DNA of 64,000 nt from Nemertoderma westbladi (Eukaryota > Animalia > Xenacoelomorpha). Each line of letters starts with the position of its first letter. The stretch's first letter is position 1. Where the stretch lies: assembly GCA_032718475.1 (NCBI GenBank), contig JAUCBJ010002985.1, positions 37,533 to 101,532 on the forward strand. The letters are read 5' to 3'. The notes below the pieces were generated by a model. It saw only the letters and a list, made by a program, of their open reading frames with translations. It was not told where the DNA came from and searched no databases. The position numbers and the translations under genes were made by a program. Shown in pieces: positions 38,401-50,917 of this stretch.

Positions 38401-40877
38401 GATCCGTTACTGTGGGTGGCACGGAGACCTACCTACAATACTTACTGGAGATCCTTTACTGTGGGTAGCACGGAGACCTACCTACAATACTTACTGGAGA
38501 TCCGTTACTGTGGGTGGCACGGAGACCTACAATACTTACAGGAGATCCGTTACTGTGGGTGGCACGGAGACCTACAATACTTACAGGAGATCCGTTACTG
38601 TGGGTGGCACGGAGACCTACAATACTTACAGGAGATCCGTTACTGTGGGTGGCACGGAGACCTACCTACAATACTTACTGGAGATCCTTTACTGTGGGTA
38701 GCACGGAGACCTACCTACAATACTTACTGGAGATCCGTTACTGTGGGTGGCACGGAGACCTACCTACAATACTTACTGGAGATCCTTTACTGTGGGTAGC
38801 ACGGAGACCTACCTACAATACTTACTGGAGATCCGTTACTGTGGGTAGCACGGAGACCTACAATACTTACTGGAGATCCGTTACTGTGGGTGGCACGGAG
38901 ACCTACAATACTTACTGGAGATCCGTTACTGTGGGTGGCACGGAGACCTACCTACAATACTTACAGGAGATCCATTATTGTGGGTAGCACGGAGATCTAC
39001 AATACTTACAGGAGATCCGTTACTGTGGGTGGCACGGAGACCTACCTACAATACTTACTGGAGATCCTTTACTGTGGGTAGCACGGAGACCTACCTACAA
39101 TACTTACTGGAGATCCGTTACTGTGGGTGGCACGGAGACCTACAATACTTACAGGAGATCCGTTACTGTGGGTGGCACGGAGACCTACAATACTTACAGG
39201 AGATCCGTTACTGTGGGTGGCACGGAGACCTACAATACTTACAGGAGATCCGTTACTGTGGGTGGCACGGAGACCTACCTACAATACTTACTGGAGATCC
39301 GTTACTGTGGGTGGCACGGAGACCTACAATACTTACAGGAGATCCGTTACTGTGGGTAGCACGGAGACCTACCTACAATACTTACTGGAGATCCTTTACT
39401 GTGGGTAGCACGGAGACCTACCTACAATACTTACTGGAGATCCGTTACTGTGGGTGGCACGGAGACCTACAATACTTACAGGAGATCCGTTACTGTGGGT
39501 GGCACGGAGACCTACAATACTTACAGGAGATCCGTTACTGTGGGTGGCACGGAGACCTACAATACTTACTGGAGATCCTTTACTGTGGGTGGCACGGAGA
39601 CCTACAATACTTACTGGAGATCCTTTACTGTGGGTGGCACGGAGACCTACAATACTTACTGGAGATCCGTTACTGTGGGTGGAACGGAGACCTACAATAC
39701 TTACTGGAGATCCGTTACTGTGGGTAGCACGGAGACCTAAAATACTTACTGGGGATCCGTTACTGTGGGTGTCGCGGAGACCTACAATACTTACTGGAGA
39801 TCCGTTACTGTGGGTAGCACGGAGACCTACAATACTTACTGGAGATCCGTTACTGTGGGTAGCACGGAGACCTACAATACTTACTGGAGATCTTTTACTG
39901 TGGGTGTCACTGAGACCTACAATACTTACTGGAGATCCGTTACTGTGGGTAGCACGGAGACCTACAATACTTACAGGAGATCCGTTACTGTGGGTGGCAC
40001 GGAGACCTACAATACTTACTGGAGATCCGTTACTGTGGGTGTCACTGAGACCTACAATACTTACTGGAGATCCGTTACTGTGGGTGGCACGGAGACCTAC
40101 AATACTTACTGGAGATCCGTTACTGTGGGTGGCACGGAGACCTACAATACTTACTGGAGATCCGTTACTGTGGGTGGAACGGAGACCTACAATACTTACT
40201 GGAGATCCGTTACTGTGGGTAGCACGGAGACCTACAATACTTACTGGGGATCCGTTACTGTGGGTGTCGCGGAGACCTACAATACTTACTGGAGATCCGT
40301 TACTGTGGGTGGCACGGAGACCTACAATACTTACTGGAGATCCGTTACTGTGGGTAGCACGGAGACCTACAATACTTACTGGAGATCTTTTACTGTGGGT
40401 GTCACTGAGACCTACAATACTTACTGGAGATCCGTTACTGTGGGTAGCACGGAGACCTACAATACTTACAGGAGATCCGTTACTGTGGGTGGCACGGAGA
40501 CCTACAATACTTACTGGAGATCCGTTACTGTGGGTGTCACTGAGACCTACAATACTTACTGGAGATCCGTTACTGTGGGTGGCACGGAGACCTACAATAC
40601 TTACTGGAGATCCGTTACTGTGGGTGGCACGGAGACCTACAATACTTACTGGAGATCCGTTACTGTGGGTGGCACGGAGACCTACAATACTTACTGGAGA
40701 TCCGTTACTGTGGGTGTCACTGAGACCTACAATACTTACTGGAGATCCGTTACTGTGGGTGGCACGGAGACCTACAATACTTACTGGAGATCCGTTACTG
40801 TGGGTGGCACGGAGACCTACAATACTTACTGGAGATCCGTTACTGTGGGTGGCACGGAGACCTACAATACTTACTGG
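26450..40877. repeat. 45-bp tandem satellite (~320 units; gagacctacaatacttactggagatccgttactgtgggtggcacg) with 31-bp and 49-bp variants
   Basis: Directly visible. The 45-bp unit is a multiple of 3, which explains the long repetitive ORFs in the track. Confidence 0.98.
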
Positions 40878-41081
40878 TTGTTGAATAAAAAAGTTGGGAA
40901 CGATTCGATGTGCGATATTCGAAATATTAGTACATTATCAATATTATGGAACGCGAAATTAAATACCGACCGAGCTACTCTTATATCTGGGACGTTTACA
41001 ACAGCTGTCGATTAAACTAACAAAACCAGAAAACTGAACCAGGGTGCAAGCCGGTTACCAACGGCTGTTGGGTAGACTTAA

Positions 41082-41562
41082 CCCTATCCATACCGGGGTA
41101 TTTTAGACGCTCAAACTACCGGGGGGGGGGGGACTTTTGGGGACGTAAAGTTTGGAAGCATATAACTTTGTGTGGTGTGATGATATTACTTTAAAGTAAA
41201 AAATTTTACATACAAAATTTATTCCTCTATCCAAATATGCCACACACTAATGCTCAAATATAATATTTATATACTATAATTATGTTTAAATTGATTTTAA
41301 ATTGATATTAAATTGATTGAATTTTAAATATCCCTCCTACAATAGTTCAGCAATAATATGATAGTTTCAGAGACAGGTCAGTTTACGAGTCATTTTCATG
41401 GTCATAAATAATAATATGAAAATAAATTTTTGTTTTAAGATAAAGAATAATAAATTTTAGGAAAAGTAACGGAATTTCACTTGCAATAAATGTGGTTTGG
41501 CTTTGAACCAAGCAATCAAATAAAGTGCGTCTCCAAAAGTCCCCCCCCCGGTATGGATAGGG
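41082..41562. mobile_element. Non-autonomous piggyBac-type MITE (481 bp)
   Basis: TTAA TSDs at 41078-41081 and 41563-41566; perfect TIR ccctatccataccgggg; asymmetric internal IR ccgg(g)nacttttgg / ccaaaagt(c)ngg. Confidence 0.92.
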
Positions 41563-42017
41563 TTAATGGAAGATTTCACAAATTTTCATGTACATGTACA
41601 TTATATTGGTTGCTCCGATGTTTTTATTAGGCTAACTGAGAATGTATGTAATTAGTGTTCTTTATTTTATTTATCTAATACAGAAAGACCCCTCCGCAGA
41701 ATAAACTGCTCTTTTGGGCCGTTTCTCAGGTTGCGGATATGGATACCATTTCACACATCATCGTAGTAATTGTGATTATGATTTGTTTGCCTAGGCGAAT
41801 GTGTATTTCATTAGATGGGAGGTAGTTTTTTGGTTGATGTAAGTCATTATTGGTTTGCATCTTCCAATCCCATCTGTTTCATGGAGTCCGTGTAAGACAG
41901 GTTCGTTTAAAGCCATCTTGATGGCGTTCTAGTATTAGTATCATATATTATTATTCTAATATTCTTATATTCTTATTTTCTCATATTCTTATATTCTCAT
42001 ATTATTCTACAAGAAGA

Positions 42018-42773
42018 ATGGCCGTATATCACCTCTTAATATCACAATTACAATGGGCTTTTATGAGTTCTTTACTTTATGCTCTTTACATGATAGCAAA
42101 CATTACCGTATGTAACGGAATCGTCACGTGTTATGACGAATTTGCAATATTCTTTAATTCAACGAGTGAGGAATTACAAAGCGAGGTATCTGAAAGACTC
42201 GCTAACTTACGAAATAGCAATGAAGCATGGTTTCAACATAGGGAATTCTCAACATACCGCCATAATATCGAATACATTGAGCACAATTGCACTGAATGTG
42301 CCCAATATTTCTATCGAAATATCGGTGTCAGTGATGATACTGGTGATGAGTTTCAGCTCCAGGCTGTGTTGGAGATATGCATCAATCCGGACAATGCGGA
42401 ATGGGGCGCCTGGCAGAAATATTGCCTGGCTCTGGATGAAGACAGATGCCCAAAGTTTATGCAACAGCTAGAAGATGGGTTTCATATCGAGTACCAAAGT
42501 TACGAGGATGTGAAAACACGGCAGGATGATTTTATGCGGATTTGGATCGCGGTTCGGACCTCTTTGCTACACGGGATTACTGTCACGTACAATTCGTGCC
42601 AGATATTCTGTTGTCCTGGTGAATGTCCTACTCCAATATGGGAGGTGAATCTAGCAACAACAACTACCAGGGAGGTTGAAGAAACAACAGCTGAGACGAC
42701 AGCAAGCAGTTCAGATGTGCCTACTCTGGTAATTCCGTTGGTTTTGGTGCTGGTTACATTCAATGGTTTTTAG
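42018..42773 (+). CDS. Probable host secreted, GPI-anchored Cys-rich protein (Ly6/uPAR-like architecture)
   Basis: Hydrophobic N-terminus (alternative start 42063); mature part starts VTCY and ends CQIFCCPGEC with 10 Cys; Thr/Ser-rich stalk; hydrophobic C-terminal tail. Confidence 0.65.
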   Translation: MAVYHLLISQLQWAFMSSLLYALYMIANITVCNGIVTCYDEFAIFFNSTSEELQSEVSERLANLRNSNEAWFQHREFSTYRHNIEYIEHNCTECAQYFYRNIGVSDDTGDEFQLQAVLEICINPDNAEWGAWQKYCLALDEDRCPKFMQQLEDGFHIEYQSYEDVKTRQDDFMRIWIAVRTSLLHGITVTYNSCQIFCCPGECPTPIWEVNLATTTTREVEETTAETTASSSDVPTLVIPLVLVLVTFNGF

Positions 42774-44434
42774 TAACTAAACTATAAATTGCGCTATAAA
42801 CTGTATTATTGTTTCGTTAGATAAAATAGTCTGTTAATATATTTACTATAACTATCAGTTAACCTGCTGCAAAACAAACTACATCTTACCAGATATTAGG
42901 TTATACTGTATTATTACAATATTATTAATTCTTATCATTCCAATGTGGATCTACTATAGTGTATCTCGAATTAATTAAAAACATTTTTCAAACATTCTGT
43001 AACATTTATTTTTTTAACATTTTAAACAATTTACAGTTGAATTCTCAGGTAACAAAAAAACAATCCGCCAAAAAATTTAAAGTTTTGAAGTAAATAGGGC
43101 TTACATAGTAAAATATGTATTTTTTTATTTTAAAATCAATCCAACTTTCCAATACGCGGCCCTAATAGCAGGGTCAGTGGATGGACTGCGTTGCGTACAC
43201 CGTGGGCGTGTGATTTCTAATGGGAGCTATTTTGGTCCCTAATACTGCAACTGTAGACCAAGTAGACCTACACTAAGTGAAAGGAATAGGTTTCAATGAA
43301 CGTCACCGGCCTTGCCTTTTTAAACAAAACAACAAACTAAATTTAATTTGCCATTGATACAACTTTAGGTTGAAATTGTAATGCACGACATTTCAGGCGG
43401 AGCACAAGCCTTCTTTGTTTTTTGGGCTATTTATAAATTTACTTTTTGTTTGTGAGATTAAACCTTTAATGAGCAATCTGAGCTCTTTTTATTATCGAGT
43501 CGACTGGGACAATGACAATAACATTGGCAGTATCATTCAAACTGTAGCAGCCTACTGTAGTATTAAGGCGAGGCAGATTGGCAGCAGTGATGGAGTTCAT
43601 AAATGGTGACGTGGTTATCTCGAATAATAGGTATTTGTTTTCAACGAATTAATGAGGATAATATTTTTTGATAATCGCAATTCCTTAAAATTTCAATTCC
43701 CATAAAGAATAGCAATTCACATAAAATGTGTTAATTCCCATTATCACATTTTATTGTAATTTGCAATTTAATTTGCAACTCGGTAGATGTACCACTGGAT
43801 TCATTACACTTTGTAAAAGGGGCGAAAAAGCAAATATATTTAATAATAAAATTGAACCAATTAATTTAATTCTCAAAGATTAACTGCACAGTCAGGACGA
43901 GTATCTGTAGTTGAGTGTACATACAAGGGCCTTGATTAAAGTGCTAATATTGGAGCGACCAGATGTTGGTATTGGTAATTATTTGGTGTATTTAACATGT
44001 CGATATTGGATGCGGAGTTTCATACTTGAGGGTGATTCTGCATCAAATATCACCTTACCTTGCTCTTCTCCTCTCTACTTTCCCTTTATTGATATTTGTT
44101 TATTGGTGTATACATTATCCGCGATAACATTATTTGTGAGCACAGTAGGACTAGTGAATATCAGAACAATATACACTGTAAGTCAAAACAATCATTCATA
44201 TTCATGACACTACCTTTGGGGTCTACTACATATCGCTGGACCGGTTTATCCGAGAGCAGGTTCCCTGAACGAAACCAGACGTCTAGTGGGAAGGGAGGTC
44301 GACATTCAGCTAGCGGAACACTCCGGAATCTGATAAGGAACTTTCGATCTGCTCACCACACACGACGAAAGTCCCTTACTTTATTGGACTTCAAACTTAC
44401 CGTCAAACCTACCGACCTACAGACAGTCAACGGT

Positions 44435-44892
44435 AGTAGTAGGAGAAGCAGTGTCCCCCTCATAGTCCTCCCTAGCTTGGGCTATGGGCATTCCATTCGG
44501 AGGCAATTAAAAAATTCCAAATTCCGGTGCTAAATTGCGGTGCGCGCCATATGTCACCATCGGCAGTTGCCATCAACCAATCGTAGCGTAGCCTAACCTC
44601 GCGATGCCCGCCTTACTAGACTACTGACTAACTACTAACCCTAATGTTATTCACCTTTTCGCCACGTTACCACCACCACCACCACGCTACCACCACTGTA
44701 TACTGTATATAGTGACGACAACGACGACGTGGCCATCTACACGCATCATGCATATACCCTCCCTCGATATTATATATTATATTATATCGATTGCCAACTC
44801 AACGACTGCTGTCGCCAAACCAACAAACCAACCAACCAGCCAGTATGATACATGAAATTCCGCCACACGTCAACTACGAGTATACAAGCATT
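44435..44892 (+). repeat. Left terminal inverted repeat of element 2 (~450 bp)
   Basis: Reverse complement of 62751-63193 with scattered mismatches and a small indel; (AGT)n terminus. Confidence 0.95.
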
Positions 44893-45597
44893 TCCATAGT
44901 AGTTACTCATCCTAACCGATCCCTCAGCATCTGTGTCATATTGAAAGGCTACTACTAACATTATACTGTGCGTTTTTATTATAATTATTGATTATTATTA
45001 CGCACGCACAACCCAATGATTCATATTCTTTCACATATTTCCTATCCACGCAACCATTCATCCACATTGCAACCCATCTCTTTTCTTATTCGTCGATGAT
45101 TATGCCACATCCCATCTCTTCTACGTTGATTATGCCACATCCACACGTATTCAGAAATTTATATATAACTGAATGTTTTTGTTAAAATTCATCACTTGTA
45201 ATCTTCATGGTAATATATTGATACCATATCTAATTTTTTGTTCTCACTCTGAAATTGTGTTATTTCCTTAATAATTTCTACATTATCTTACTCGTTGTAT
45301 ATTCGTTGGTCGGAAACACTCGAATAAATGATACTGATTCCCACATTGGGTTTCTAAACGTAATTATGTAACTCAAAGGAAATCTCGTTTGGATGTGCGG
45401 GAGAATTTTTAGTATCGATGAATATATTAATCAAAGACGACTAGCAAAAACTTATATTGAAACTGTTTCAATATAAGTTTTTGCTAGTTGTCTTTGATTA
45501 ATACAATTTTAGAGTGAGAACTATGGTGTCAATTTATTACAGCGATACGGTTTAAAATTTATCACTTGTAATATTTTTCGTATTTATTATTATTATT

Positions 45598-46662
45598 ATG
45601 GCCTTAACGCAAAAAACCGGAGCAACAAATAGCTGGAAATTTACTTACAATAAATATACTTGTACCGCCGTTCACAGCAAGTATTTTATTGTGGAATCTC
45701 AGGAGGACAACGAATCAATTTGTTTTTCCCATCAAGATACCCGCTATTTGCTAGACATTCTAGAAACAACAACCAACAACCAACATCAATCCAGACCAGC
45801 AATTATACCAGGTAGGATATATGCCGCTCTTCGTTTTGCGCGAGGAAATTTGAATATTTCTATCAACCCCACATCGGGTGATGTTTACGTTCAGAAACAA
45901 GGCAAATGTAAAGTCCTCAACAAAGCTTTTACTGAAGTTCTAATTCAATACAGAGGGAAATTATTGCAATTTCTCTCTCCACCGCTAGAGATTATTAGCG
46001 ATCAATTCTACATTGAATTATCAAATCCAGAGTTTATTGGATTTGTAACAGCTTTTAAAGGAACCAACTATGTTGACTTATGGAAAATCAGCGTCAGATA
46101 CGCTGATAGTGTTGGTTTTAACTATTATACGGGTTTCAATTTGTCAAATCAGGAACTAACCGTTTTGTTGCGAGAGTGGGACACTCAAATTGATGAACCA
46201 GACAAGCATCTTTTTGATAAAAATATCATTCAATTATCAGACCGTCTCAAAATGATTAAAACCAATAATAAAAAAATTATTATCACCAACACCGATAATT
46301 CTACTGAAGTAGGAGCAGGTGGAAATTCTATTGAGTTGCATTACTTGAATGATAAAGCCCATATTAGTTTTCTCAAAGAGGCTATGGATGGCGTTTCTCT
46401 TATTGAAGCCAATGTAGATGGTTTTGTCCTTTTGGATAAACCTAAAGCATTCGTAGAGATCCCATCACCTAATCCGGATGTTGAAGAGAGTTGCTCTCAA
46501 CCGCAACAGGTCTTTCGTGAAATATTACCTCGGAAGCCAAGATCATCGAGTAAATTTACCAACGCATCACCTGCAAAGAAACAGAAAGTTGCTGTTAACC
46601 CAGCTCCAGTAGATCTAGTTACTAATTCTCCATGGAAACCAGATTATTATCCTAACATGTAA
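45598..46662 (+). CDS. Putative PC4-like repeat protein with NLS-like tail
   Basis: FYIELSN..FIGFVTAFKGTNYVDLWKI...GFNLSNQELTVL matches the PC4 signature. Tail PAKKQKV. Confidence 0.65.
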   Translation: MALTQKTGATNSWKFTYNKYTCTAVHSKYFIVESQEDNESICFSHQDTRYLLDILETTTNNQHQSRPAIIPGRIYAALRFARGNLNISINPTSGDVYVQKQGKCKVLNKAFTEVLIQYRGKLLQFLSPPLEIISDQFYIELSNPEFIGFVTAFKGTNYVDLWKISVRYADSVGFNYYTGFNLSNQELTVLLREWDTQIDEPDKHLFDKNIIQLSDRLKMIKTNNKKIIITNTDNSTEVGAGGNSIELHYLNDKAHISFLKEAMDGVSLIEANVDGFVLLDKPKAFVEIPSPNPDVEESCSQPQQVFREILPRKPRSSSKFTNASPAKKQKVAVNPAPVDLVTNSPWKPDYYPNM

Positions 46663-46705
46663 ACCTGATCATAAGTTAAACTCTTTGAGGTTTCCAATAC
46701 CCATA

Positions 46706-46760
46706 GGTGATTGGTGTTTGGTGATTGGTTTAAAATTATTTCACTCGCTAGCATATAAAT
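46706..46760 (+). promoter_or_regulatory. Putative polB promoter (two inverted CCAAT boxes + TATA-like box)
   Basis: gtgattggt twice, then catataaat ~100 bp before ATG 46859. Element 1 has the same arrangement at ~14775-14812 on the minus strand. Confidence 0.45.
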
Positions 46761-46858
46761 GTTTAGATATAGTCAATATCATTTCATTTCATTTTATTTT
46801 AATCTTTGGAGATATTTTATTATTATTATTATTATTATTTATCTAAACAAACTTCAGC

Positions 46859-49800
46859 ATGGATAAAATAACAATATGTTGTTCATTCTGTCATATGAAT
46901 GTAACTAGACATAATTATTTACGCCACCTACGGTCACATTTTGAAGGTTATTCTTGTTTTAAGTGTCACGTCGTGACTTCATGCAGCGAAATTTGTAAAC
47001 GACATGAATCAACTACTGGTTGTAAAGAAATGGAGTTCCGTACCTATCAATTGACTTGTTCTACCTGTAATAAAGAGTATACATATGAGAATTATTTACG
47101 ACACGATTGTCACTTGAAATGTTACTACACAAGAAAGCGTAAATTTTCGCAACATAAAAATATATTATCCAGAAAAAAATTAAGGGTGGCTCTTGGTACA
47201 TGCGCAACAATTTTTACGCGGGAACAAGAAGCTCACGATAATCGTCTTGAAATTTATGTCCACGACCTCCCAACTTCTAGAGATTATCCCGATGTAGAAA
47301 CAGCATTAACGCAAATTCGAGGTAATATTCTTCAGTTAATATTAGATAGATTGAAAGAAATGAATGTTCTTAGACTGTGGTTAGGTCTAAATGTATTAAT
47401 GTACAGATCACATTTTTCAGAAGGCGAGCAATTGGAAACTTTTTATTTTAATTCTTCCGGTGGTGCTATTAATACTGTAGATTCATCACAAAGTTTTGAC
47501 ACATGGTTTGAGTATGTGGTGGAAAATATATTACAAAAAATAGCCATCTTTAACACACGTGGTTCAGGGTGGCGTATTAAATCTTTATTAAGGGTTGAAA
47601 TTAAATTAGCTGAATCTAAGTGTAGGTCGTTACTATATAAGGGGCATGGATATATGGAATTACCTAAGGCTCTATCAGGTAAAAATTGTACAATAAATAT
47701 ACAAACGGCTGATAATGACTGTTTCAAATGGGCTATTATAACCGCAAAATTTGGTAGCAAAGTGAAAAACAACAAACAGCTTACTTCGTCGTACAAAAAT
47801 TATATGAGTCATTTCATTTTTGACAACGGGAAAAATGATTATCCAACAGAGTGGCAGTTAGCGATTAAACTTTTTGAAAAACAAAATTCAAAATATATAA
47901 TTAATTTACTATGTTGGAATAACGACAACAAACGCACCCCTGTATCTATATTAAGACAACCTCCGTTTAGTAAAATTACACCTGATAAACAGTTATTAAA
48001 TATATTACTTGTAGTAAAAAATAACAATGTACCTAAACTGAATCATTATGTTAGCATAACTAACTTGAATCGATTGCTGAATACGAGAGCTCTTCATATC
48101 GGGAATAGGAAATATTGTGAAAGGTGTTTGGCTCATTTTTTTCGAGCGGAAGTTCTTCATCGACACCGTCTCGCATGCTACCAAGGAAGAAGTCAACGAG
48201 AGAAACTACCTAATAAAAAAAGAACACACATTAGTTTTACAAATTTAGATAGAACCTTAGCCCCATTGTTTGTCACCTACTTTGATATAGAATGTATCTT
48301 ACAACCTTCAGTTAATAATCAAATTATACAGGAGCATATACCGTGTGCTGTGAGTTATTTAATTGTTCCCAATACTGAATTAATTGATGCTCCAAAATGT
48401 CATTTGAAAACATTCGTAAAGTCAAATAATAATAATTGTATTCAAGATTTCTTAGATTCATTATATACTGATTTAACTGAATTATGTTGTTGGTCAGAAA
48501 TATACACTCATAAAACTATGTCATTTACTAATATTGATTTTGTAAATTTTGAACAAGCAAAATTTTGTTTCTATTGTAATGTTACTTTAAATAATAATAT
48601 AGGGAAAAACAGACATCATTCACATATTACAGGTAAATATATTGCGGCAGCCTGTAATAGTTGTAACCGAAGTTTATCATTGAAACGATACCTGTATGTA
48701 CTTTGCGGGCATAATTCCAGTAATTATGATATACATTGTATATTACAAACCGGATTTAGAGATAAGAAATACACAGATTGGGATATAAAGGTTATACCGA
48801 GAAATACAGAACGATATATTTAACTGAGTGCATTTATCCCAATTAAAAACACTTCTAAGAAAATTGAGTTACGTTTCTTAGACACATATCAATTTTTAAG
48901 CTTTTCTTTAAGTAATTTAGTTGAGTGTTCAACAAAGGATGTGGCGAGTCATGATAAAAGCTCAATTTTACCTATTACTCTACAAGAAATGAAATATTTT
49001 TATCCAAACTTGAATAACTCAACAATTAAACGGAAAGGAGTATTTCCATACGAGTACTTGACAGATATAAATAAATTTAATGATACTGGTTTGCCGTCTA
49101 TAAATAATTTTTTTAGTAACTTGAGTCAAAAAACATGCACAATTGAAGATTATAGGTTTGCGGAATTATCATGGGTACAATTCGACTGTATGAATCTCAA
49201 AGATTATCTTTTAGCCTATTTAAAACTCGATGTTTGTTTGCTTGCTGATATATTTGAGAATTTTAGGAATGTTTGTAAACAAAATTACGATTTAGAAGCG
49301 GTTTTTTACTGTAGTATCGCGTCATTTACCTATGATTGCGCACTAAAATATAATAAATGTAAAATAGAATTAATAAAGGATTATCAGACATATAGAGATT
49401 TTGAAAAATCAATTAGGGGTGGTGTTTCATTTTGTCGAAAGCATTATATAGAATCAAATATACCAGGAACAAGTACATATGATTCTACTAAGGAAGAATG
49501 CCATATTTTTAATATTGATTTCAACTCTTTATATTCTGGGAATTTAAGTAAAAAACTACCCACCTCACAATTCAAAGAAGTAAGTATTAAACACTTAGAG
49601 AATGCAATTCCAGAAAAACTAATCGAGTACTTGGTAGATTTAGACATTGATGGATCTACTGGATATTTTTTAATATGTGATTTAAATTATCCCAAAGCTA
49701 TTCACGATCAAACATTACAATTACCGTTAGCTCCAGAGCATTTAAGTATAAATGAATCAATGCTTTCGCCTTATATGAGGGAACAATTTAATAACTTATC

Positions 49801-50917
49801 GATACAAAGAGGTACCTCCTGTAAATATAGGATGCCTATACCAAAACTCTTGCTGACGCAATTTGATAAAGAATTTTATCATTTACATTTGAAACTGTTA
49901 AAATTTTATATAAAACATGGATTAATTGTTACTAAACTACATAAATTATATTCTTTTCAACAAGAATTTGTATTTAAAAATTACATCGATTTTAATATTA
50001 ATCAAAGGCGATTAGCAAAAAGTTACATTGAAACAGCTGTTGCGAAATTGCTTAATAATTCGTTATTTGGTAAATCAATAGAAAAGATAAGAGATCGATG
50101 TAACTTTCGTATCGCAAATAGCAATGATAAATGCGACCAATTGGTGAATCGTATTAATCATGAACAATTTATAATATACAATAATACATTATCGGGACAT
50201 TTATTAGTGAAAGACTCTGTAACTCTCGATAAGCCTATATTTATTGGTAGCACTATGTTGGACTTGGCTAAATTGGATATGTATGAGCTGTTTTACAATA
50301 AACTGCTACCTATTGAGAAAGAATTAAACTGCCGTATTGAAATTGCTGCATCAGATACGGACTCTTTAATAGGATGTTACTATAATACATCGCAGAATAA
50401 TTTTTTAAAAGCATTAATTAAAAATAATATTTTAGATACATCCAATTACCCTAAGGATCACCCTCTCTACAGCGATAAAAATAAATCGAGACTTTATTAC
50501 TGTAAAGATGAACTAGCTTCATGTGAAATTAAACAAGCAGTATTTTTAAGACCAAAATTATATTCAATTTTGGAATGGAATAACAAAAATATTTGTAGAG
50601 CAAAAGGTATTACAAGAGCTGTTGTGGAAACGAATATTACACATGAAGAATATTTAAAAGCATATAACTCAAATGAAGAAATAAAAAAAAACATATACAG
50701 ATTTCAATCTAAATTACATCGTATTTATACCTTAAAGCAAAATAAATTTGCACTCAGTAGCTTTGATGATAAACTTTATTGGGTTAATAAAAATCAATCA
50801 CTTCCTTGGGGGCACTATAAAACAAACCTCAAAAAACCTATAAAAATATCAAATATACCAATTTATGAAGAACCAAAAGACGATGGTGTTGATGATGAAT
50901 TATCAAATAGTAAATAA
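46859..50917 (+). pseudogene. polB: Protein-primed DNA polymerase B of element 2 (1352 codons, single nonsense TAA at 48821)
   Basis: The two track ORFs are in the same frame: RYI*LSAFIP versus RYISLSMHIP in element 1. All pPolB motifs are present. Confidence 0.95.

Noticed and set aside
20515-40877. CRISPR-like appearance of the two repeat arrays
   Set aside because: Units are directly adjacent with no unique spacers, there are no cas genes, and the context is eukaryotic.
26429-41015. Very long ORFs (up to 1375 aa) in several frames on both strands
   Set aside because: Artefact of a stop-poor 45-bp unit. Frames shift freely at the 31- and 49-bp variants and there is no unique coding sequence.
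43415-44533. Short ORFs flanking element 2
   Set aside because: Non-ATG starts and no motifs; one crosses the insertion junction.
44630-44646. Telomere-like ctaaccctaa inside the TIR
   Set aside because: Fewer than two full units within a low-complexity (cta/acc) tract; not meaningful.
48821-48823. Programmed stop-codon readthrough in polB
   Set aside because: The two copies have stops at different positions, and each is a sense codon in the other copy, so these are ordinary nonsense mutations.
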